A stretch of DNA of 64,000 nt from Nitrospirales bacterium (GCA_965223295.1 CBDCWC010000003.1:928001-992000), one strand, 5' to 3'; counted from the stretch's first letter, positions 20,153 to 30,585 are shown. Translations and numbers: made by a program. Notes: generated by a model from the letters alone, not told the origin.

Positions 20153-21979
20153 CTATTTCAGTTTTGGTACTTCTCGCCGCTTGGGTGAAGCATAATTGAC
20201 TAAATAATCGAACAGACGAATGAGCCGACTGCCTTGACGTTTTTGATCTGTCCAGTGACCAATCATCCCTATTGTTCGAGCCAAGATAAAGAAGCCGTTT
20301 AAACTGTCGACTGGGAACCCAATATCCACCAATACCGCAGCCATTGTGCCATCGACATTCAGGATCAAATTATCTTTTTTCGCGGCGGTGATTTTTTCAA
20401 CTTCCAGTGCAAAGTCTAGATGAGGAGTTTTGATTCCAAGACTTTTGACATGGCCAACCAGTTCTTTCACACGCTTATCCGGATTTTTCAAGCTTTTGAC
20501 CCTATGCCCAATACCTGGAACCGGACCAACATTCGCTTTCATATAAACAAGAAATTCATCAACCGCCATCTTGTTATCAATCGCATATTTAAACCACCGG
20601 CCTGCATCGGTGACCGCCCCGCCAAAACGTGGCCCAATCATGATCATTCCAGCCGCCACGGCTTGCGAGAGGCCTATGCCAGCACAGGCTGCTATGACGG
20701 TCGTTAACGCACCACTGACACAGGGTCCATGGTCAGCGGACAACATAATAATCCGCTTAATGATTTCGGCTTCTTGTTTGGAAACGAGTCGGTTGTCCCA
20801 CAATAATCCAATAATGTGCGGGATATCGTACCCAGCATTAATCAGTTCAGAAGCTGGATACCCTTGATAGAGAGGTTCATCCCCACGGTCATCACTGATC
20901 GTGGAGCGAATAAGAGGCGCCACTAAGACTTCACCGTCTTTTTTCGCTTCGGCGACCGTTTTCGGAAGCCGTGGCACATCGGCAGGCGCCAAATCCGGAA
21001 TGGGTTTGGCTGCTCCAGTCTTCAACAACTCTTCATGGGTGGCTTTAATAGCAGGGCCCAAGGCCCCAAAGGTCTCTGGAACAATCGCACCAGATTTTTT
21101 TAACGCCTCTGATTTTGCACGGGCCGACCCTTCGCCTTTTAACCCTTCTTTCGCACCGGCATGGCCAAATTTCATGCCTTTCGGCAGGCTTTCCTGACAA
21201 AAACCTGAGACCACCGCCAACAGTTTAATCCGGCGTTTCTTGGCGCCGTACCATTCAGCAGCACGCTCTTCTAAATCCCCGCCCATTTCTCCAACAATCA
21301 CGACGGCCTTCGTCTGCGGATCGTTTTCAAACATTTCTAAATAACTGACGTAATCAGTTCCTGGATAGGCGTCGCCACCGATTCCAATAGCCGTCGTAAT
21401 CCCATCCGCAAACTGAGAACAGATCCAGATAATTTCGTTAGATAGTCCGCCTGATTTTGTAATCACGCCAAAGGAGCCAGGACGATACAGCTTACAGGCT
21501 GTCAGATTATCAAATGCCCCACCAATCACACCTAAGCGACATTCTCCAGCAGACACCACACCGATAGAAGAGGGCCCATTAAAAACTTTTCCCAATTTCC
21601 TGGCATGTTTTCCAAGAAGTTTGGCATCTTTTTCAGGAACTCCTTCGGTAATCATAGAGACTGTGTGGATTTTGGGATCATTCAGCGCATCCATCGTGCC
21701 TTCGTAGGCTCGATTCGCACCGATATACACCAAGCTGGTATTAATTTCAGGATGATTAGCTGTGGCTTCAGCCACAGTTTTATAAATGGGAATAGCCACC
21801 AATTCTGTGCCGCACACAATTTCATTGGTTTTTCCAGCATCTGGCGGATACACAAAGGCAGAGACATTCAACGGTTGCTTAATCATATAGCGAAACTCCG
21901 CCATCCGACGGGCAGCATTGACACCAGCCACACCACCCTGAATAACGACATGCGTATCTTTCGTGGCAAGAATACTCAT
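20153..21979 (-). CDS. aclA: ATP-citrate lyase alpha (large) subunit
   Basis: FGHAGA phospho-His, ADHGPCVSGA, PGIGHRVKS, LNVDG citryl-CoA lyase domain. Confidence 0.95.
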   Translation of the reverse strand: MSILATKDTHVVIQGGVAGVNAARRMAEFRYMIKQPLNVSAFVYPPDAGKTNEIVCGTELVAIPIYKTVAEATANHPEINTSLVYIGANRAYEGTMDALNDPKIHTVSMITEGVPEKDAKLLGKHARKLGKVFNGPSSIGVVSAGECRLGVIGGAFDNLTACKLYRPGSFGVITKSGGLSNEIIWICSQFADGITTAIGIGGDAYPGTDYVSYLEMFENDPQTKAVVIVGEMGGDLEERAAEWYGAKKRRIKLLAVVSGFCQESLPKGMKFGHAGAKEGLKGEGSARAKSEALKKSGAIVPETFGALGPAIKATHEELLKTGAAKPIPDLAPADVPRLPKTVAEAKKDGEVLVAPLIRSTISDDRGDEPLYQGYPASELINAGYDIPHIIGLLWDNRLVSKQEAEIIKRIIMLSADHGPCVSGALTTVIAACAGIGLSQAVAAGMIMIGPRFGGAVTDAGRWFKYAIDNKMAVDEFLVYMKANVGPVPGIGHRVKSLKNPDKRVKELVGHVKSLGIKTPHLDFALEVEKITAAKKDNLILNVDGTMAAVLVDIGFPVDSLNGFFILARTIGMIGHWTDQKRQGSRLIRLFDYLVNYASPKRREVPKLK

Positions 21980-22014
21980 TGATCCGATCTCCTAATTTCT
22001 CAAGTTCAAGTAGT

Positions 22015-23211
22015 TTATTTTGCCGCCATCGCCATATCGACAATGTCTGTCAATGGGGTCGTGCGGTCGTACACATGAATATCAAAGCCTTCATCTTGTA
22101 AGGCACGCATGGCCGCTAACCCCTGTAATTCATTAGGGCCTCCGCGCCGCACCCAGATTTTCACACCATTCAACTTACCTTCACCCTTGGCTTTCCGGAA
22201 GGCATTAATAATGCCGCCAAAGGTTTTTTTCACATCCGTAAAATTCGCAATGGCTCCACCAACGATAATATGTTTGATATTCGGCAAGGAACAGACTTTA
22301 TCGGTTAGGACTTCTACAGCCCAGTCGGGCGGATCACCAGAATATTCCGCGTAGTTGGCTAATTTGCCTCCACGCGCCACGACGGCGTCCGAGTAGTACA
22401 CGCTTGCCCCTCCACCGGCTGGGAGCATGGCAATATTACCTCCTGGAATTTCAATGAGCTTCACAGAACCTTTCACCTTGGCATCCACCGCCATCACTTC
22501 TTCTTCGTTGGTGGTATAGGCACGACCAAACTCTGCGGCAAAGGGGAATGTCCAATCTTTATGCCTGAACTTGGCATCGCCATCAAGCAGAGTGACAGCA
22601 TCAAGTGCGACTAAGTCGCCATTTGAGTTTTGTACAACTGGATTGATTTCTAGATATTGTGCATCTTCATTATCAAAACAGATATAAAGTTTCTTCAAGA
22701 ATTCAGCCATTTTTGTGGCAGTATTACCTGTGAACCCAGCGTCTTTCGACAATTTCGCTAATTGGGCATCTGTCGGCGATTCCCCAATCTCAACTGCCAA
22801 CTTTTGAACCTTTTCCCAGTTAGCTTCCACTTCCACACCGCCATAGGTCGTCACCATCACATCCACGCCTTCGCGGGTGGATTTGACGGAGGCATAATAT
22901 TCTTCCTTGTGATCGATGGCTTCTGAGACTATCACTTCTCGAATGGTCACGGACTCTACCTGCTTGCCAAGCATTTCCTTCACCGCTGATTTGGCTTCAG
23001 CCAAATCTAATCCGACCTTCACCAGTCCTAGTTTAAACCTCGAGCCTAAGGCTTCATGCGCTTTGACGACCAGTTTACTTTTTTGCAACCAATCATTGGC
23101 TTTAGAGAGCTCTTCAAACTCATCATTTGACGTCACAACAACATAGTTCGGGGTTGCTATTCCCCATTTTCGCAGCAAACCCATTCCTGGGCCTTCAAGG
23201 ACCTTTGCCAT
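22015..23211 (-). CDS. aclB: ATP-citrate lyase beta (small) subunit
   Basis: LEINP, AGGGASV, NYAEYSG, GGAIANFTDV, VRRGGPN. Confidence 0.95.
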   Translation of the reverse strand: MAKVLEGPGMGLLRKWGIATPNYVVVTSNDEFEELSKANDWLQKSKLVVKAHEALGSRFKLGLVKVGLDLAEAKSAVKEMLGKQVESVTIREVIVSEAIDHKEEYYASVKSTREGVDVMVTTYGGVEVEANWEKVQKLAVEIGESPTDAQLAKLSKDAGFTGNTATKMAEFLKKLYICFDNEDAQYLEINPVVQNSNGDLVALDAVTLLDGDAKFRHKDWTFPFAAEFGRAYTTNEEEVMAVDAKVKGSVKLIEIPGGNIAMLPAGGGASVYYSDAVVARGGKLANYAEYSGDPPDWAVEVLTDKVCSLPNIKHIIVGGAIANFTDVKKTFGGIINAFRKAKGEGKLNGVKIWVRRGGPNELQGLAAMRALQDEGFDIHVYDRTTPLTDIVDMAMAAK

Positions 23212-23471
23212 AATCCTACCCTTCCGTCAGGGACTAAAATGTGAAAGACACAATCAGACTATCCCACTTGTTCGTGAGAACGTGCATTGTACGAATGGCC
23301 CCTAAAGTCTGCAATCAATCAAAAGACCCATGACGCAGTTCACGAAAGTCCCAGAGCTAAGTTACAAAAAGACATCCTCGTCAAAGGGGTAAAGCCTATA
23401 CCTAGCTTTTGATATTTGAATGGTTGTGATATATTCACATTTATTAAATATGAATAACTGGAGGGCATGCC

Positions 23472-23720
23472 ATGGCCACAACGAGCCTTAGCCTTGGAGA
23501 GCATTGGGAAGTATTTATTAAAAACGAAATTGCAAGCGGGCGGTATGGTTCGGCAAGCGAAGTAGTGCGGGATGCCTTACGAGGCATGGAGGAACGCAAA
23601 AGTAAGCTTGAAGCCTTGCGCGCGCATCTTTCTGAAGGAGCAACCCAGGCGCGAAAGGGAGAATTTGTCGAAAATTATTCCTTAGAAAATGTCATGGCCA
23701 ATTTAGATCAGACTCAATGA
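23472..23720 (+). CDS. parD: ParD-family (CC2985-like) type II antitoxin
   Basis: SLSLGEHWEVFI...SGRYGSASEVVRDALR ribbon-helix-helix signature. Confidence 0.9.
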   Translation: MATTSLSLGEHWEVFIKNEIASGRYGSASEVVRDALRGMEERKSKLEALRAHLSEGATQARKGEFVENYSLENVMANLDQTQ

Positions 23721-24019
23721 CGAAGCATTTTCGAATCACCCCTCGTTCGCACCGTGATGTAGAAAATATCGGCCGTTACACCCATGAATAAATGGGGAAA
23801 AGCACAACGGAACCACTATTTGCGTGCTCTGGATCAGCGGTTTGCATAGCTGGCAGAAAGACCAACGACCGGCAAACACCGTCCAGATATTGAACAGGGC
23901 TATTACAGCTTCCCTCAAGGGCGCATTTGATATTTTATCTCATCCATGACAGTGGAATTGACATCATCGGTATTCCACATAAGGAAATGGACATCGAGAA
24001 TTTTTTTGCGGAAGAATGA
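23717..24019 (+). pseudogene. parE: ParE/RelE toxin pseudogene (two frameshifts and an internal TAG)
   Basis: ATG overlaps the parD stop; frames piece together as MTKHFRITPRSHRDVENIGRYT/MNKWGKAQRNHYLRALDQRFA*LAERPTTGKHRPDIEQGYYSFPQG/HLIFYLIHDSGIDIIGIPHKEMD. Confidence 0.85.
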
Positions 24020-24258
24020 GGCTATTTAGGGGTCAGGCACGAAATAACCTTTCAGTTGGATTATAATCAGAGATTTTTCAGAATTTTTATTCGAGACTGC
24101 CTCTCTAAAGACATGGCCCAACATTGCTCATCCCCGACCGCTCCAATCTTCATTTTTGTTTCAGACCGTGGGGGCCTGCACCACCGCTATACGCGACGAG
24201 CGGCATAAGAAGAAATGTATATTTAGCTGAGGGATGAATTAATAGAAGGGACAGCGCA

Positions 24259-24532
24259 CCCACCCGCGCCCCACCAACAGCCCCGGCCCGCCTCGACGCG
24301 TTCAGCCAGACCGCCTAAGCCCCCCGGGTTCCGATTCAGTTCCTGGAGCCGACCGATTCCTTTGCCATCATAAAGCAACAGGTGAGCCCAATCCAAGAAC
24401 AATGAGCCTGTCAGACCTCCTCGCAAAAGAAACGCTCGCCGGTCGGACCGTGAAGTCCGGAGATTGAGTCGTTCACGAGTTCTTGGGTACATTCCGGTTT
24501 CGGCAAAAAGGCCCTTTGAAAATCCTATTCCC
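24259..24532 (+). mobile_element. IS91/ISCR-family 3' remnant 1 (transposase C-terminus plus oriIS-like end)
   Basis: Encodes PTRAPPTAPARLDAFSQTA* (stop 24316-24318); ends TTTGAAAATCCTATTCCC; direct repeat of 27260-27545. Confidence 0.75.
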
Positions 24533-25576
24533 CGAGTTACTTCCGAATTTCCCAATATTTTTGATTATCTGATGTAAAAACTGTCTCAGTTCTAGCTCGA
24601 CTTCCTGGGTCTATATCTGATTGGAGTAGTTGTTGCATGTCATATAAGACAGGTGCAGCCTCTGCAAAATAACTATGGCCCAGTATAGTGAGATCTATAC
24701 CAGTAACTTTTACCGTATCAATGTCAGGGAAAATTCCAATGGGAGGGAAAAACCCTACCCGTGGGTAGTCGTGCCAGAACTTTGAGAGCTTTAGGGCCCA
24801 GTCCTTGGATGAAATATATAAAGTAGTTCGCTTGGATATGTGGGAATAAGCGCTAGCTAATTCGTTAAAGGTATCCATATCCACGTCTGGGGCAGCTAGA
24901 ATTATTTGTCCAAACTGCGATGGGGGATCAAATGAGGGATCTTTGGCAAGTCTTTCCATTGCGCCAAGTAATCCACGGTTGCCCATACTATGGGCGATGA
25001 TATGCACTTCCTCTGCTCCAGATTCTAGAGCAAGTTTTCTAAGGAACTTTTCTATTCGAAACTCACTTATCTTTATAGTGGCCTCATCAGCAGAATACTT
25101 CCAGAAGCTTTCTTTGGATGGCCAGCTAAAAAAGGCAGTGATGCCCTCAACTTTCAGGTCAAACCCTATTTGGGCTGCCCTTACCGCCGCTTCCTCAAAA
25201 GACACGTGGTAGCCATGAATATAAACTAAGGCGGTTCTTTTGCCACTTGGCCTGGTCTTTAATTTATTATTCATGCTATTAAAAAAATTGTTCGCATCAT
25301 AAGGGTAAATACGGCGCAGTTTAAGGGGTTCGTCTGTCCGAGTAACTACGCGCACAATCCAAGAGGACCCTGTTGAACCGAAATTATGGGACTTAGGAAC
25401 CTCCACAATACACGTGCCATAGTGAATAATAGAATCTCGTTCGTTGGAAAATCCTAAAGATTCATCGTAGTCATCAATTGGTTTTCTGTTAGTTCCATAC
25501 CAAACTCTGTAGAGCGGTTTCTTCGTGTTGGAACTATATTCAGAATTTGGGGCAAGGATTTTTGTAAGCTTCCCCG

Positions 25577-26424
25577 TCAAGCGGACAGGTCATAACTAGA
25601 GTGTTCTGGTGTTGGTTGATAATAGGCACAGGGCGGTGTTCCCCGTAGCGCGTCATGTGGGCGGTGTTCATTGTAGATGGTCATCCACTCGGACGTGAGT
25701 TCCCGCACTTCCTCTAAACTCCGAAACAGATAGAGATTCAGCACTTCATTCCGATAGGTGCGATTGAATCGTTCAATAAATGCATTCTGTGTGGGACAAC
25801 CGGGTTGAATGTGATAGATCAACACGCGATTGGCTTTTCCCCAATCTTTTAGTGCCTGTGAGAGAAATTCTGGTCCGTTATCAACCCGAATCATGTGAGG
25901 TAACTCCCGCTCAGTCTTCAAGCGGTCCAACACGCGGATAATCCGTTCAGCTCTTAGAGAGGTATCAATCTCAATCGCCAAGACCTCCCGATTGAAGTCA
26001 TCGAGGATATTGAAGGTGCGAAACCGCGTGCCGTGATACAAGGTATCGCTCATGAAGTCGGCTGACCACACCTCATTGGGACCTTCTGGCACAAACACCG
26101 GCCAGGAAGGACGCTTGGGCAGCTGGCGTCTGGTGCGACGAGGCTGATTGTGTCCTAACTGCCGATAGACGCGGTACACCCGTTTGTGATTCCAGACATG
26201 TCCGAGGACTCGCAATCGCCGGATATATTTCCAGATGCCCCAGCGCGGGTACTGCTCCACTAACTGATTCAGGGCCTCAATAATTTCCTGATCACGGATC
26301 TGCCAATCAACGGGCGCTTGGTAATACGCCGACCGAGAAAATTTGAGAGCCACACACCCTCGTGTGATCGAGACGCCATGTGTCTCTTGTAGGGACTGAA
26401 TGGCCTCCCGTTTCTCCGCCGGCG
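25577..26424 (-). CDS. IS3-family transposase OrfB (DDE), probably expressed by -1 frameshift
   Basis: WSADFM, VDNGPEF, QNAFIERFNRT; A7G slippery site at 26431-26438. Confidence 0.9.
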
Positions 26425-26691
26425 TTAGAGCTTTTTTTCGATCAAATCCTTCAGCGCCCGATTCTCTAAGGCCAGATCCGCATACATCCGTTTAAGCTTC
26501 GAGAGTTCGCCTTCTGTTTCTTTGAGGCGTTTCAGATCCGAGGCTTCTAAGCCCCCGTACTTCGCTTTCCAATTGTAATAGGTCGCATCACTGATGCCAT
26601 GCTCCCGGCACAAGTCTTTGATCTTGATGCCGGCGTCACCTTGTTTCAAGATGGCGACGATTTGGGTTTCGCTGAATCGACTCGTTTTCAT
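26425..26691 (-). CDS. IS3-family transposase OrfA
   Basis: MKTSRFSETQI...HGISDATYYNWKAKYGG HTH. Confidence 0.92.
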   Translation of the reverse strand: MKTSRFSETQIVAILKQGDAGIKIKDLCREHGISDATYYNWKAKYGGLEASDLKRLKETEGELSKLKRMYADLALENRALKDLIEKKL

Positions 26692-27205
26692 GAGAACCTC
26701 CTGGGATCATTCTGCCAGAACGCTCTACTTTTGGTCTGTTCGGATTTAGGGGAAGCTTACATTTTGATCTCAGGATCTTCACCTCCCCTACACGTGGGAC
26801 AAAAACAAGGATACGGACATTGAGCGGTTTCCGGAATATCCGGATCTGGGCTAGAGGGGTCAAATAAGGAGCATCCAAAACTAAATACTGTTGCTAATAG
26901 AAGAAACACTAAAGCTTTCATTGAGTTACCTCCACAGGGAACTTTGCTTATGGCTCTGAAGAGTTTCATGATATTTTCCCCTTTTGAATCTAATTGAAAG
27001 GGAACAAGAAAAATAAATAGTATTAATGGGCAAGCAGAAAAGTTTTTAGAGGCCAGTCAAGACCATTTAAGCAAAACTCTGGCAAAAACGGTGAAATAAA
27101 TCTAGGGGTGAAATATTGAGGGTAAAAGTTCTCTGGGAAGTAAAGAAAACAAACCTAAATTCATAGCGGTGGTCTTCTGATTAGAGGTGAGTATTAACCT
27201 TCCCA

Positions 27206-27545
27206 ATCGCGATCGAAGATCCCGTGGTGATCGTCAAGATTCTCAGCCACCTGTGGGTACCCACCCGCGCCCCACCAACAGCCTCGACGCGTTCAGCCAG
27301 ACCGCCTAAGCCCCCGGGTTCCGATTCAGTTCCTGGAGCCGACAGATCCTTTTTGCCCAGTGCCCACCCGCACACGCCACCATAAAACACCAGGTTGGCC
27401 CGATCCAAGAACAATGAGCCCGTCAGACCTCCTCGCAAGAGAAACGCTCGCCCGTCGGACCGTGAAGTCCGGAGATTGAGCCGTTCACGAGAGTTCTTTG
27501 GTACGTTCCGGTTTCGGCAAAACACCCTTTGAAAATCCTATTCCC
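27206..27545 (+). mobile_element. IS91/ISCR-family 3' remnant 2 (transposase C-terminus plus oriIS-like end)
   Basis: Encodes IAIEDPVVIVKILSHLWVPTRAPP; ends TTTGAAAATCCTATTCCC. Confidence 0.78.
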
Positions 27546-27806
27546 TCAGGAATCGCAGGCTTCAGGTCATCATATTGACCTGAGGGGGCAACCAATACGA
27601 GAATGGCAGTGTATAAACCAATATGTTAGGAAATGGACTTTGAAAATATGGAGCGAGGCGAAGTAACTTCAAAAGTTACAATATAGCATTGAGCCAATTG
27701 AGAAAGGATGAGAGGACAGTCAGGAAAGCTAAGTGATAAAGGAAAACTTCGATAGCAATTTTCTAAAATGCCTACGATTTAGGCAAACCTACCTTTTCAA
27801 ACAGTA

Positions 27807-28766
27807 TTACTGATTCATAATTGCCACCGTTCGTTCGACGACATCTTTGTTGCCAATGATGAGGGCTGTGCGCTGGTGCAATTTTTTAGGCTCTATATCC
27901 AAAATTCGTTCCTTACCTGAGGAGGCGGCACCACCGGCTTGTTCAGCAATAAAAGCTAGGGGGTTGGCTTCATACATGAGACGCAGTTTTCCTTCAGGAC
28001 TTTTCTTCGTGCTGGGGTACAAGAAAATCCCGCCTTTGAGCAAATTCCGGTGAAAATCGGCAACAAGAGATCCCACATATCGAAGAGAATAGGCACTGCG
28101 CAGCTCTTCCACCGCTTTTTGAGTGTCAGAATCCAGCCCCTTAAAATTCCCTTCATTAATGCTGTAACACGAGTTCTTCTCTGGAATACGAATATTGGAG
28201 TTGGTAAGCCGAAATATTCCATCAGCCGGATCAAGCGTAAAACCTTGAACGCCTTCCCGAGTGGCCACCACCATCATCGTACAGGACCCATAGACCGTAT
28301 ATACCGCTGCAACTTGTTCAGTCCCTTTTTTCAACAGCAATGAATCCGTAACTTTTTCATCGTCCTCCCGTTTCCAAATTCCCAAGATCGAGCCCACACT
28401 CACGGCCACATCGATATTCGAAGATCCGTCCAATGGGTCCATTTGCACCAAATATTGATGTGTGGAACTATCACCAACAATGACCGTCTCTTCAATTTCT
28501 TCAGAACCAATGGCTGCTACTCGGCCACATTGTTTCAAGGTGTCTACTAAAGCGTCAGAAGAGAAGGTGTCCAAAATCTGGACCACTTCGCCTTGTACAT
28601 TGGTCTCACCTGTGGTCCCGACTGCTTGAGCCAGTACAGCCGCACGGACTTTGGCTTGAATCTGGGAAGCCCCTTCGGCAATACCAGCCACAACAGCTTC
28701 CAGGCCATCGTATTCCTCAGATCCCTTCCAAGATGCTGCTGAATATTCTGCAAGTGTTTGAAACAT
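27807..28766 (-). CDS. fbp: Class I fructose-1,6-bisphosphatase
   Basis: SEE, DPLDGSSN, RYVGSLVADFHRNL, KLRLMYEANP; start uncertain (ORF open to 28889). Confidence 0.93.
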   Translation of the reverse strand: MFQTLAEYSAASWKGSEEYDGLEAVVAGIAEGASQIQAKVRAAVLAQAVGTTGETNVQGEVVQILDTFSSDALVDTLKQCGRVAAIGSEEIEETVIVGDSSTHQYLVQMDPLDGSSNIDVAVSVGSILGIWKREDDEKVTDSLLLKKGTEQVAAVYTVYGSCTMMVVATREGVQGFTLDPADGIFRLTNSNIRIPEKNSCYSINEGNFKGLDSDTQKAVEELRSAYSLRYVGSLVADFHRNLLKGGIFLYPSTKKSPEGKLRLMYEANPLAFIAEQAGGAASSGKERILDIEPKKLHQRTALIIGNKDVVERTVAIMNQ

Positions 28767-28966
28767 AGAGAAAATTGTACTTTGCCCTCTAGAACCCGTC
28801 AATTTTTTGGGAAAATCCAAGTAGATCGGTAGAGGGTAGTTACTGGATTTTTTCATGCTCCTACTTACTCGTATTTCATAGCTATTCAAGTAATCGCACG
28901 AAAGATAGCTGCCTCGATTTTAGATAGAATTAGGATTATCATCGATAACAGAGGGGAGTTATACTT

Positions 28967-29449
28967 ATGGGAAAAGAACTATTGCAATTTCATTGCTTTT
29001 GTATCTTCATTCTCTTCTCAGTCATTAATTTTCCTAAACACTTCGCATTTGGGGAGCTGAATCCCAATGAAATCTTGATGAGTGCCACAAAACTACATTG
29101 CACTTTTAAGGAGGGAGTGGCAACAAGATGGACAGCCCAAGGACCAATCACTGAAAAAGGTGAACTCGAAAAAGAATTTTATACATTTGATTTAATCGAC
29201 CATAAGTTAGGGAAAGCGCGATTAGGAGGAAGTACAGAATATGTGAAAATGAGCCGTTCTCCTTGGGAACTAACATTTTATTTTGTCAATGACAAAAACA
29301 GATTAATTCCAAATAATATTATTTCGGTCTTTGACGACTACCAGGCTGGAACCACAAACTTTTTTTCCGTGTTATCTAGACAAGGAACGATGCATCTCTT
29401 TGGGGGAAGCCATGCAGCTCAATTATATGGAACTTGCAAGGCTATTTAA
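28967..29449 (+). CDS. Hypothetical exported protein
   Basis: 160 aa, GGAG RBS, N-terminal hydrophobic stretch. Confidence 0.65.
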   Translation: MGKELLQFHCFCIFILFSVINFPKHFAFGELNPNEILMSATKLHCTFKEGVATRWTAQGPITEKGELEKEFYTFDLIDHKLGKARLGGSTEYVKMSRSPWELTFYFVNDKNRLIPNNIISVFDDYQAGTTNFFSVLSRQGTMHLFGGSHAAQLYGTCKAI

Positions 29450-29602
29450 GTCTATAGGGTTAGTGACAAACCAGAATTTGTCTTCTCTCATCCTGAGCAA
29501 AATCCATCGAGGTCGAAGAAAAGTCGAATCTGGATTCCCGCCTATGCGTAATCACTCTGTTCTTAGGGACAAACGTTAGCTATAGCTAGAAAAAATTGTT
29601 CT

Positions 29603-30277
29603 TTAAAAAAATTGTCTGGCCTTTCGGGTAAATTTATAACAGTATACAAGCTTTTCTTTTCCACCATTTTTTCCGGGGGGCCAGCTGAGTGGGATGGGCT
29701 CGACTGACAAATGAAATTTCTCTTGGAATGCGAGTTGTATGGTGTCTAATCCCAGTCTATTCGGATCACAAAAAATTCCTTTGCCTTCAGGAGCAAGTAC
29801 CTGCTCCAAGAGCCTAGCAATATGGGGCAAGATCTCTTCGTCATAAAAGACTTCACTACCCAAGACAATGTCATAGCAATCTTTCAACTCTATAGTTTCT
29901 GACCAATCCAACGTGCATGTAGAAAAATGAGTGATAGAATTTAAGAGACAGGTCTCCTTGACGGCTTCCAGTGTAATGGGCACCATGTCGGAGAATATGG
30001 TGAATGCTCCAAGCTGTGCCGCGACAACTCCAGGTAGCCCGGTGCCACAGCCAATTTCTAGAACCCTCAATCCTGTAAGCGCGCTTGGGAAATACTGTTG
30101 GATCAGATGTTCTGATAATGCCACGGAAGAAGGCCAAATACGATCCCAATATCCCCAACCAAGGGATTCATCATCGCGTTTATCCAAAGGGATTTCTCCA
30201 GAAATATCCCGCTTTGTCTTGCAGACAATCGAAACATCTCCAATTTGTGGAAGCGTCACGACTCGATGATGACTCAT
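29603..30277 (-). CDS. Class I SAM-dependent methyltransferase (family 16-like)
   Basis: YWDRIWPSSVAL, VLEIGCGTGLPG, LDW, LGSEVFY. Confidence 0.88.
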   Translation of the reverse strand: MSHHRVVTLPQIGDVSIVCKTKRDISGEIPLDKRDDESLGWGYWDRIWPSSVALSEHLIQQYFPSALTGLRVLEIGCGTGLPGVVAAQLGAFTIFSDMVPITLEAVKETCLLNSITHFSTCTLDWSETIELKDCYDIVLGSEVFYDEEILPHIARLLEQVLAPEGKGIFCDPNRLGLDTIQLAFQEKFHLSVEPIPLSWPPGKNGGKEKLVYCYKFTRKARQFF

Positions 30278-30278
30278 T

Positions 30279-30418
30279 GGGCACCTCTAAAACCAGGATT
30301 TTTGTGTGAGGGCAAGGAAGCCACGCCCGGAAAACCGCAGTGTATGGGCGAATACATGAGGAGTTGAGCACGTGGCTGACGCCGCGATCGCGGAAAAGGA
30401 CGGTTTTTAGAGGTGCCC
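30279..30418. mobile_element. MITE family B copy
   Basis: TIR GGGCACCTCTAAAA...TTTTAGAGGTGCCC; internal sequence similar to 2652-2792. Confidence 0.75.
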
Positions 30419-30585
30419 TCATGAAACATCCGTCATGAATAATACATTGTTGTTCACTGATCGCTACCCTGAAAAAATCTTTCGCCGATATGTTCAGCCA
30501 CGATCTACATTGGCATTGTCACATGCCTTTAAGCTAGATTGTGATAGTGAAGTCTCTTTTGCCGCAACCAGGTTAACAGGAGGAC

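Larger units (their letters stand above)
25563..26761 (-). mobile_element. IS3-family insertion sequence (IS407-like), target duplication TTTT
   Basis: TIRs TGTAAGCTTCCCC/GGGGAAGCTTACA; TTTT at 25559-25562 and 26762-26765. Confidence 0.93.
24537..26921 (-). pseudogene. Lipoprotein alpha/beta hydrolase (DUF900-like) interrupted by an IS3-family element
   Basis: 5' part 26762-26921 MKALVFLLLATVFSFGC...EDPEIK with GGAGG RBS; 3' part ILAPNSE...YGTNR...YIHGY...AHSMG...AAPDVD...GHSY; the halves join in frame on removing the IS and one TTTT. Confidence 0.88.

Noticed and set aside
24223-27525. Paralogous minus-strand ORFs 24223-24555 and 27181-27525
   Set aside because: They are antisense readings of the IS91/ISCR remnant repeats
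27543-27594. Hairpin TCAGGTCA-TCATAT-TGACCTGA ending GGGGGCAACCA, possibly a tRNA-like 3' end
   Set aside because: No T-loop (TTCRA) or cloverleaf; cannot be supported as a tRNA or att site
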